In this document: one piece after another, positions 29,675 through 37,965 of the stretch
Layout of the letters: every line of letters starts with the position of its first letter
Numbering within the stretch: position 1 is the first letter of the stretch
DNA from: an uncultured Spirochaetota bacterium
GTDB taxonomy: Bacteria; Spirochaetota; Spirochaetia; SZUA-6; Fen-1364
NCBI GenBank assembly: GCA_963781885.1
Contig: CAWAHW010000004.1
Location: 288,001-352,000 of the forward strand
DNA length: 64,000 bases
Direction of reading: 5' to 3'
Made by a program: the position numbers and the translations under genes
Notes under the pieces: generated by a model
Told to the model about the DNA's origin: nothing
The model's input: only the letters and a program-made list of their open reading frames with translations
Databases searched by the model: none

Positions 29675-30692
29675 TCAGTGAATGATTTCGCTCGCCTGCT
29701 TCAACAGACCTTGCGGCACCGTCAGCCCCAGTTCGAGAGCCTTTTTGTAGTTGATGAACAAATGCGGTTCGGTCGTCACGACCGGAATGGTGCCGGCCGG
29801 GGCACCTTTGAGGATTTTATCGGCAAGGGATGCGGCGAGCCTCCCTTGTTCATGCTGGTCGGTCGAAGCGGTAAGAACGGCCCCACTTCGTACCAGGGTT
29901 GGCTGGCCGCCGGCAACGGGAACCTGATGAGCATCCGCGAACTTCAGGACCGAGCTGGCAGCTTCCGACGATTGAGGGATCAGATCTGGAAAAAGCAGGA
30001 TGGCATTGATGCGGGTATCGCCGGATTTCTCCAGCGCCTGCAAAATGGCCGGAATATCCGGGACATTGAGGATGCGAACTTCCTGCAACGTCACGTTGGA
30101 GGACAATGCCGCCGAACGCAATGCCTCCAACACAGATGGGTCTGTAGGATAATTCGGCTCATAGAAGACCATGACTCGTTTTGCCCTTGGGGTCAGCTCG
30201 AGCAACGACTCGAAACTCTTGAGCGTCAATTCAGGGCTTGGCAAGCGAACGCCGGTGATGTTTCCGCCCGGGCTGCGCACGCTGTCGACCAGACCAGTCC
30301 CCTCGATGACGGCGTTGGCAAATACAATGGGGATATCGGTCCCTTGAACGACGGCCTTCACCGCGACGGCCGGCTCGACCGGGAAACGCAAACACCAAGT
30401 CAACCTTCTCGGTCACGAATTTGCCGGCGATGAGCTTCGCCTCAGCCGGGTCAACTTTTATCTGCTGCACGTCGTAGGCGATGTTCGTGCCCTCGACATA
30501 GCCTAGCTCAGTCATCCGCGCCTTGAAGTCGTCGGCAATTGTCGCCATTGTCGCTGCGCCGATGAGAACGCCTACTCGATACACCTTGGGCGTCTTGGCG
30601 CATCCACTCACCAGCAGGACAACCTCAACGATCCCAACGAGGAGGATCCACCTGTTTTGGATGCTATTTCGAGGAAGAATGTCGCCGGGCAC
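29675..30692 (-). CDS. ABC_sub_bind-type substrate-binding lipoprotein; frameshifted near 30381
   Basis: Lipobox LVSGC, LGYVEGTNI, IPIVF, PGGNITG, ADKILKGA...IPV, INYKKA..LGL, split across two ORFs. Confidence 0.85.
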
Positions 30693-30974
30693 GGCGTCTC
30701 CTCTTCATCTGGTCACCAGGTCCGAAGGTTATTCTCGACGAACCGGCAGTCCCGACGGCGAAAAAACCCACACCGGCGCCCATGAGACCGCTCGATTCGC
30801 CGCCGCACGCGCCTTTGGGATATCCCCATGCTGACTATATAGCGCCTCATTCGCCGGCGCAAGCTGCGCGTGCGGTTTGCGAACAGCTGCCGCTCGACGT
30901 GGAATGAGCGCTTTCGACCATTCTCATACGACGGAGAGCCGGAACCGTCACGGTGGTCAGTCGGGAGAAGTCTC

Positions 30975-32264
30975 TTAGACCAGGCCGAACTTTTCCTCAA
31001 TGGCCTCCAACGCCGCGCGGTCGATGTGCGCGAGGGGCCCAAGCTTCTGGGCGTCGATGACCGCCCGAGCGCTGAACTCGGCCACCTCCATGCGATCGAA
31101 GGCCTGCGTGAGGGTGGCGCCGGTGGCGAGCACCGCGTCATTCTGCAGGAGCGCCACCGGCGCGCGGGGAGAGACCTCCCGCGCAAGGGCGCGCTCGTCG
31201 GAGAAGGGTCGTCCGTAGGCGATCAGCGGGATGTTCCGCAGCACGATGTAGCTCTCCGGGATGATCGCGCTGTCCAGCGTCGTGCCGGTGACGGAGAAGG
31301 CGGTGATGGCGGGAGACTGCGCGCTTGCAATCGCGCCAATGGCGGGATTGGCGGCATAGATCTCCCGGTGGAGGACGATGGCCCGGCTGGGAAGCGCGCC
31401 GCGCTCCCGCCTGCCGCCCTGCACGAGCACGAAATCCGATTCGTCGATGTAGCTGCGGTCGACCCCGTACGGGCTGATGAGGAAGCTGTCCCCGTCCACG
31501 CGCGCGGAGACGGTGCCTTCCGTGCTGGTCATGAGCCGCTGCCGGTAGGCGCGGTGCACGAGCTCGCGCATCTCGCGGCGCAGGCTGCGCTCCGGCGAGC
31601 TGCGGAATCCCGGGTCGAACTCGGGCAGGTCCAGGTTCTTGCCATGGTCGGCCATCGCGATCTCTTCTGGCCGGAGGCTTCGCACGGGACCCAGGGTGCT
31701 TGCGTTGATGAGCGTCCGCGCGCAGAAATCGAGCGTCTCGAAGCGCTGGAACGCCTCCAGCAGGTCGCGGCCGCCCGTTGCCACGCCGTGATTCTCCAGG
31801 AGCACCGTGTCGAATCCCTTGCCAAATGCCTCCGCGATGTTGCGGCCGAGCTCCTCCGAGCCGGGTATCGCGTACGGGGCAAAACCGACCACGCCGCACA
31901 AGGCGCGCGCCTGCGGTATGATGCCCGTGTCGGGTATGCGCCGCACAAGGCTGAAGGCGACGAGCGCCGCGGGGTGCGCGTGGAGCACGGCCTTGACGTC
32001 GGGCCGGCGCGCGTAGATGGCGCGGTGGAACGGGTACTCCGACGACGGAGGATGCGTGCCCTCCACAACGTCGTCCCCCCGCATGCGCACGATGTCCGGT
32101 TCGGCAAGGGCGCCCTTGTCGGTGCCGCCCGGCGTGATCCAGATGTCGCCGGTCTCGTCGAGGATCGAGAGGTTCCCCCCCGACGTCGTGGTCATGCCAT
32201 AGCCGTAGACGCGATGCATGATCGTGACCAGCTGCTCCCGCGGATGCATATAGGCGTACTTCAT
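30975..32264 (-). CDS. Class II aldolase/adducin-family protein with two tandem domains
   Basis: TTTSGGNLS, PSSEYPFH, LHAHP, LENHG in domain 1; TSTEGTVSAR starts domain 2; ATG at 32264. Confidence 0.9.
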   Translation of the reverse strand: MKYAYMHPREQLVTIMHRVYGYGMTTTSGGNLSILDETGDIWITPGGTDKGALAEPDIVRMRGDDVVEGTHPPSSEYPFHRAIYARRPDVKAVLHAHPAALVAFSLVRRIPDTGIIPQARALCGVVGFAPYAIPGSEELGRNIAEAFGKGFDTVLLENHGVATGGRDLLEAFQRFETLDFCARTLINASTLGPVRSLRPEEIAMADHGKNLDLPEFDPGFRSSPERSLRREMRELVHRAYRQRLMTSTEGTVSARVDGDSFLISPYGVDRSYIDESDFVLVQGGRRERGALPSRAIVLHREIYAANPAIGAIASAQSPAITAFSVTGTTLDSAIIPESYIVLRNIPLIAYGRPFSDERALAREVSPRAPVALLQNDAVLATGATLTQAFDRMEVAEFSARAVIDAQKLGPLAHIDRAALEAIEEKFGLV

Positions 32265-32780
32265 TGCCGCTCCTTCGCGCGCTTGTCCAGGTTCTTCCTG
32301 ATTTCTCCGATGAAGCCGATCGTCACGGGGATGGCGGCCGCGAGCGCCATGGAAACGAGGAACGAGGCCGCGTCCATACGGCCGGATGATGTCGATGGAT
32401 ACAGCCACTCCGCGTAGCCAGCCGCAAGCGCGGCGGCAAGACCGCCGGTCGTCGTGATGAGGATGTCCGTGAAGCGCGGATCGCCGAAGCCGGTCAAATC
32501 AAGAATCTCTTTCGCCGTTCCGCCTGCTGCCGCCGCGGCAATGGCCGTGAGCGGCAGGGCCCATGGATGCGTCGCGCCGACCGGGGGGTCGGCCGCAAGG
32601 TCAACGACGCCGGCTGCTGCCAGGCCAAGCATCAAGCCGCCGAGGAAATGCAGGGACTTGCCCGGCGGAAAGGGGTCCAGGGCCCGCGCATCGGCGAGGA
32701 TGGGTCCCGCGGCGGTCTGCGCGAAGACAAGGGCGGGCAGCAGCAGGAGTCCTGAACAGAGTCGGCAGGCGTCTGATCAT
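32261..32780 (-). CDS. YfiM/VanZ-like membrane protein; probable frameshift near 32753 in the signal peptide
   Basis: KSLHF...GGTAKEILD...FTDI pattern; the frame is open upstream through LLLLPALVFAQ while the ATG at 32780 is one base out of frame. Confidence 0.55.
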
Positions 32781-33035
32781 GGCCGGAAACAATCGTACAG
32801 GATTGGCGCGGAGTTTGTCATGCCCCGGATTCTCCGAAAGGAGGCGGGCTGCGCTTCCTGTCAAGCCTGCCATGCCGCGCGGCGGCATTTTTCGCGGAAA
32901 CACACCGCCGCAACGCAAGGGTAGCCGCCGGGCGGGAAGAAAACCACGAAAGTCACCGGATATGCGAACGATGAATCCGGCTTCGCGCATTCGTTTTCAT
33001 TTGCCGCCCCCCGGGTGCCCCTGTAACTTTTGCGC

Positions 33036-34202
33036 ATGACAGACGTCGAAGCCGGCGGCGTTTCCGCCGATCCCTTTCCTGCAGCGCAGGTCGTCCCGAC
33101 CGTCGAGGTGGAAACGCTCCGACAGTGGCTGGAGTTCGGCACGCCGGTCACCATCGTCGACGTGCGACCCGCGGCGCAGCGCGCGGAATGGCACATTCCC
33201 GGCAGCCTCCATATCGACGCCTCCGACGCCTTGCGCGCGCGCATCCCCGGCGCGCTGGACGCCGTGAGCACGACCGCGGCCGCGCCCGTCGTCGCGGTGT
33301 GCGCCGCGGGCCGCACGAGCCTGCTGGCCGCGGAGGCGCTGCGGGCGCGCGGCATCGATGCGCGTTCGCTCGCGGGCGGCATGCGCGCCTGGAGTCTTGC
33401 GTGGAACAGCGCGGAGCTGTCCCTGCCCGGCCGCGGCGTGACGGTGATCCAGGTGCGGCGCACGGGAAAAGGCTGCCTGTCCTACATGGTCGCAGCAGGC
33501 GGGGAGGCGGCGGTGATCGACGCGTCGGTGGATCCCGCGGTATATCGGGACATCGCGGCGCGCCGGGGCTGGCGCATCGCGGCGCTGGTGGAAACACACG
33601 TGCATGCGGACCACCTTTCGCGGTCGCGCGCGATCGCCGATGCGCTGGGCGCGACGATCCACCTGCCCGCGCAGAAGCGCGTCTCCTACCCGTACGTGCC
33701 GGTTCAGGACGGCGATTCCATCGCGCTGGGCGGCAATCCACGGCTTCTCTCCGCGTTGCGCACGCCCGGGCACACCGCGGAGAGCACCTGCTACCTGCTG
33801 GGGGATTCGGTGCTTTTCTCGGGCGACACGCTTTTCCTGAAGGGGGTCGGTAGGCCCGACCTGGAGGGAGGCGCGACGGAAGCGGCATCGCGCGGCCGAC
33901 AGCTCCACGGATCCCTGCAGCGTCTGTTGCGCACGCCGGGCGATCCGATGGTGCTTCCGTCCCATACGCCGGATCCCATCCCTTTCGATGGGGTGCTGAT
34001 CGGCGCGCATCTCGACGTGCTGCGACGCGGGAACCGCATGCTCCGTCTCGATGAAAAGGAATTTGTCGAGGCGATCGCGGCCGGAACACCCCAGACTCCG
34101 GCGAACTATGCGGCCATCATCGCGCACAACCAGACGGGTCTCTTCCCCGACGTCGATCCGACCATCCTCGAGGCAGGCTCCAATCGGTGTGCCGTGGGGT
34201 GA
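33036..34202 (+). CDS. Rhodanese and metallo-beta-lactamase fusion (YrkH/persulfide dioxygenase-like)
   Basis: VDVRP..HIPG, CAAGRTS rhodanese loop; THVHADH, TPGHT, SGDTLF...GRPDL; C-terminal GSNRCA. Confidence 0.9.
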   Translation: MTDVEAGGVSADPFPAAQVVPTVEVETLRQWLEFGTPVTIVDVRPAAQRAEWHIPGSLHIDASDALRARIPGALDAVSTTAAAPVVAVCAAGRTSLLAAEALRARGIDARSLAGGMRAWSLAWNSAELSLPGRGVTVIQVRRTGKGCLSYMVAAGGEAAVIDASVDPAVYRDIAARRGWRIAALVETHVHADHLSRSRAIADALGATIHLPAQKRVSYPYVPVQDGDSIALGGNPRLLSALRTPGHTAESTCYLLGDSVLFSGDTLFLKGVGRPDLEGGATEAASRGRQLHGSLQRLLRTPGDPMVLPSHTPDPIPFDGVLIGAHLDVLRRGNRMLRLDEKEFVEAIAAGTPQTPANYAAIIAHNQTGLFPDVDPTILEAGSNRCAVG

Positions 34203-34238
34203 GACCGCCGCGCCTGGAGCGAAAAGCGCGGGGGCGCG

Positions 34239-34541
34239 TTACTGCGGCGCGCTTCTGGCAAGGAGATCGAGCAGCGAATGCAGCCTCTCATTTTCCGGTG
34301 TCTTGGTCGCGGAGAATGTGACCGTCCTGCTTTTTGCCCCGTCGGTGACCGTCAGCTCGAAGGCAGGAAGCCCGGCGCCGACCTCCCTGTTGCCGCTGGG
34401 CGGCATGGCGAAGAAGCGCATGCCATCGATCAGACTCATCGCGGCGGCGCGTTGCTCGTCGTCCAGCCTGTCCGTGTCAGCGTGAGCAACCAGCTCTCGC
34501 AACCCGGCAAATCCGCCCGTTCGATACGCTGAGATCAGCAT
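34239..34541 (-). CDS. Emfourin-like (protealysin/M4 peptidase inhibitor) protein
   Basis: MLISAYRTGGFAGL...DTDRL...FFAMP...FELTVTDG..SRTVTF; GGAGGT RBS. Confidence 0.65.
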   Translation of the reverse strand: MLISAYRTGGFAGLRELVAHADTDRLDDEQRAAAMSLIDGMRFFAMPPSGNREVGAGLPAFELTVTDGAKSRTVTFSATKTPENERLHSLLDLLARSAPQ

Positions 34542-34698
34542 TCCCGTCACCTCCCGGGGGGACCGCGCGCGCGCCCGGTCCCGGCCAAAGTCCGGCCTCA
34601 ATCAGTGCCGGGATTTCCCTTTGGATGAGAACGACGTGAAGAACGAGTCGCGCTCCTTCACCCGTGCATGCCCCGGACCCGTAGACTCGGGGGCCAGA

Positions 34699-34863
34699 TC
34701 AAATGGCGCCGTTCGCCAGGAGGCGGATGAGGGGATCGGCGGTTGCTTTCGGGGCCGTCTGCGCGATGCCCGGGACGGCGCGAAAGGCCCCGACGATTTC
34801 GGTCGGGATGCATATGATGACCGTCGATGCGCAGGGATCCTTGGATGTGGAGGCACGCGGCAT
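34699..34863 (-). CDS. Possible small protein (54 aa)
   Basis: TAAAAT -10-like element, GAGG RBS, then MPRASTSKDPCASTVIICIPTEIVGAF...; mostly G/C-ending codons; below the ORF-track cutoff. Confidence 0.3.
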   Translation of the reverse strand: MPRASTSKDPCASTVIICIPTEIVGAFRAVPGIAQTAPKATADPLIRLLANGAI

Positions 34864-34984
34864 GGGGACCTCACTTTCACATTGTTCAAAAAGACATTTT
34901 AAAAGAAACGGAAAAAAACGCCTGCCTCCTTTCTCCCGATGGATAAGCGCGCCCGCCCGATGGTCCGGGAGACGCGCGCCGTTG

Positions 34985-35251
34985 TCAACCGTCGATCTGC
35001 TCGAGGACGCCGGCCGCGATCCCCTTCTCTATCAGGGCCGCCCACGTGATACGCACCGGACCCCCGCGGGTCCCGACACGGGCGCGCACATCGAGGATCC
35101 CCGCCTTGTGGACGCTTTCCGTGATCTGCTGGACGGCATCGTCGGCGTAATCCTCAGGGATTGCAAGCACCTCGATGATGGCGTGCTCCATCGAAGTTGC
35201 AAGCGCCAGAGCGCCCGCGTCGTCCGTGGTGAAAAAAAGGGAACGAGTCAC
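34985..35251 (-). CDS. Hypothetical protein (88 aa)
   Basis: GTG start after GAAAGG; protein-like composition; followed by a minus-strand hairpin at about 34947-34978. Confidence 0.5.
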   Translation of the reverse strand: MTRSLFFTTDDAGALALATSMEHAIIEVLAIPEDYADDAVQQITESVHKAGILDVRARVGTRGGPVRITWAALIEKGIAAGVLEQIDG

Positions 35252-35297
35252 TGCGATAGCTGCCTTTCGTGCATGTACGGGTGTGTCTGCCGGCGGG

Positions 35298-35468
35298 TCA
35301 ACCGGGCTTGTAGGCGTCGACCGCCGCCTTGCCGCAGAAACCGAGACCGATCGCAATCTCGCCGAATGTCCGCTTGTCACCGGCCTTCTGCGCGGCCATG
35401 ACTGCTTCCACCTGCGGCGGCTGCAAGGCCCCGGTTCTCACCAGGTAATCGCCTATTCGTTCTGCCAT
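35298..35468 (-). CDS. Stand-alone MshEN-like (c-di-GMP-binding) protein, 56 aa
   Basis: RIGDYLVRTGALQPPQVEAVMAAQ...RTFGEIAIGLG resembles the tandem RLGxxLxxxGxxxxxxLxxxLxxQ motif; upstream TTGCGT-N18-TATACT. Confidence 0.7.
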   Translation of the reverse strand: MAERIGDYLVRTGALQPPQVEAVMAAQKAGDKRTFGEIAIGLGFCGKAAVDAYKPG

Positions 35469-35638
35469 CAGAATATCCCCGGGAGGAGTATAGACCGGCA
35501 GAGGCGGGAGACGCAAGGCCGCTGGCCCCGCCATGGGGTACAAATGCCACCGAGTACGGTGGCCGGCGTGGCCGCGACGTAACCTTTTTTACGGTCCGTT
35601 GTTTACAATATGAATCTTCATAGAACCTCCTTTGAAAA

Positions 35639-35681
35639 GGGCCACTCCTCCGGGATACCGGGGGGGTGGCTCGTTCTTTTT
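35639..35681 (+). terminator. Intrinsic terminator with no upstream plus-strand CDS (end of a candidate sRNA)
   Basis: GGGCCACTCCTCCGG-GATA-CCGGGGGGGTGGCTC, a 15-bp stem with G-U pairs on the plus strand, followed by GTTCTTTTT. Confidence 0.7.
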
Positions 35682-35731
35682 CCCTGACTGTTGTAGAATG
35701 ACGCGTCCTTTCCCCCTATCTGGAGGTCACG

Positions 35732-36286
35732 ATGAACGAGCAGATCAGGCAGATCGCGGACCGTATCCGCGGCCTGCGGGATATCGCCCAGCTGTCGGTG
35801 GAGACCTGTTCCCAGGACCTCGGCATCCCCGTCGAGACGTATCGGCGGTATGAGAGCGGCGAGGCGGACATTCCGGCGAGCTTCCTCTACCAGGTGGCGG
35901 GCAAATTCCACGTGGAAATGTCGTCGCTCCTCACGGGCGAGGAGCCGCGCCTGCACGTGTACGCGGTGACGCGCGCCGGCGGCGGCGTGAAGGTCGCGCG
36001 GCGGCGCGACTACGGCTACCAGAGCCTCGCGTTCAACTTCATCGACAAGAAGATGCAGCCCTTCCTCATCACCGTCGAGCCGCGTCCGGAAGCCGAGCCC
36101 GTGCCCTTGAATGCCCACCCCGGCCAGGAGTTCAACTATATCCTGGAAGGCTCGGTCATGGCCGTGGTGGACAATCACGAAATCCTCCTCTCCCCGGGGG
36201 ATTCGATCTATTTTGACTCGCGCCACGGCCATGGGATGAAGGCAATCGGCGGCGCGCCCGCCCGATTCGTGGCCGTGATCCTGTAG
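35732..36286 (+). CDS. XRE-family HTH regulator with a cupin domain
   Basis: IRGLRD...YESGEADIP HTH; HPGQEFNYILEG...GDSIYFDS...H cupin. Confidence 0.93.
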   Translation: MNEQIRQIADRIRGLRDIAQLSVETCSQDLGIPVETYRRYESGEADIPASFLYQVAGKFHVEMSSLLTGEEPRLHVYAVTRAGGGVKVARRRDYGYQSLAFNFIDKKMQPFLITVEPRPEAEPVPLNAHPGQEFNYILEGSVMAVVDNHEILLSPGDSIYFDSRHGHGMKAIGGAPARFVAVIL

Positions 36287-36302
36287 GAAGAAAGGCACAG
36301 CA

Positions 36303-37945
36303 ATGCTCGAGAAGTACCTCGCGAAATCGGAATTCTCCTCCTATGCCGAGTTCTCCCGCGATTTCAAGGTCAACGTCCCCGACCGGTTCAACTTCGCCTG
36401 GGACGTGGTGGACGACATCGCCGCACGGGAGCCCCGCCGGAGCGCGCTGGTCTGGTGCGACGAGAAGGGCGCGGAGGCGAGCTTCACCTTCGGCGAGATG
36501 GCGGAGCTCTCCAACAGGGCCGCCACGTTCCTGCTCTCCCTGGGCATCGGCCGGGGGACCCGGTCATGCTCATCCTGAAGCGCCGCTACGAGTACTGGTT
36601 CTGCCTCCTGGCGCTGCACAAGATCGGGGCAGTCGCCATTCCCGCCACGCATCTCCTGACGAAGAAGGACATCGTTTACCGCAACAACGCGGCCGGTGTG
36701 AAGGCGATCATCTGCGTCGGGGAGCAGAAGGTGCTGGATAATGTCGATGCGGCTGCCCCGGAATCCCCCGCATTGAAGGTTCGCGTCTGCCTCGGCGTGC
36801 AGAGGCCCGGCTGGCACGAGCTTGCAAAGGAAATGGAGCGGGCCGATCCCCGGCTTGGACGCATGCCCACGGAGAACGCCGACACGAGCCTTCTCTATTT
36901 TACATCGGGCACGACCGGCATGCCGAAGATGGTGCAGCACGATTTCACCTATCCGCTGGGCCACATCCTCACGGCGAAGTACTGGCAGAACGTGCAGGAC
37001 GGCGGACTCCACCTCACGGTGGCCGACACGGGATGGGCCAAGGCGGCCTGGGGCAAGATTTACGGCCAGTGGCTCTGCGGCTCGGCGGTCTTCGTCTATG
37101 ACTACGAAAGGTTCGTGCCGGGGGCGATGCTCGACGTCGTTTCGCGGCACAAGGTGACGACGTTCTGCGCGCCGCCCACGATCTACCGTTTCTTCATCAA
37201 GGAAGACCTTTCGAAATACGATTTTTCGGCTCTCTCCTGGTGCACGGTCGCGGGCGAGCCGCTCAACCCCGAGGTCTACGAGCGCTTTCTGGACATCACG
37301 GGCCTGAAGCTGCGGGAAGGCTACGGCCAGACCGAGATGACCGTGGCGGTGGCCGTCTCCCCATGGGTGGAGCCGAAGCCCGGCTCCATGGGGCTGCCCT
37401 CACCCGGCTATGACATCGACCTCGTCGACGACAATGGCAAGGTCTGCGAGGTCGGGGAGAAGGGCCAGATCGTCGTGCGAACGGACGCGCGCATGCCCGT
37501 GGGCATGTTCCACGGCTACTATCGCGATCCCGAGCTCACGGCGCGCTCATGGCACGACGGCATGTACCGCACCGGTGACGTCGCGTGGCGCGACGAGGAC
37601 GGCTACTACTGGTTCGTCGGGCGCACGGACGACGTGATCAAGAGCTCGGGCTACAGGATCGGCCCTTTCGAGGTGGAGAGCGCCCTCATCGAGCATCCCG
37701 CTGTCCTGGAATGCGCCGTCACCGGCGTCCCCGATCCCGACCGCGGCGCCGTGGTGAAGGCCACCGTCGTGCTGGCCAAGGGCTACACGGCGAGCGCCGA
37801 GCTTTCCACGGAGCTCCAGGAGCACGTGAAAAAAATCACGGCGCCCTACAAGTATCCCCGCATCATCGAGTTCGTCACGGAGCTTCCCAAGACGATCAGC
37901 GGCAAGATACGCAGGGTGGAGATCCGGGAGAGGGACGGCGAATAG
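36303..37945 (+). CDS. Acyl-CoA synthetase (AMP-binding, MACS-like); frameshift in the G-run at 36553-36557
   Basis: [10 protein letters not shown]-terminus in ORF 36303; [42 protein letters not shown] in the next frame. Confidence 0.9.
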
Positions 37946-37965
37946 CCCCTCCCTGGTGGCCGGGC

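Noticed and set aside
34921-34980. Second anti-SD (GCCTCCTTTCTCC) plus hairpin as a sibling sRNA
   Set aside because: The hairpin pairs better on the minus strand as the 3' structure of the 88-aa gene; no plus-strand U-tract
35495-35590. c-di-GMP-I riboswitch-like words (GGCA...GACGCAAGGCC...) beside the MshEN gene
   Set aside because: No GNRA-capped P2 stem or tetraloop receptor, and it is on the wrong strand for MshEN; an Infernal search with the c-di-GMP-I model would settle it
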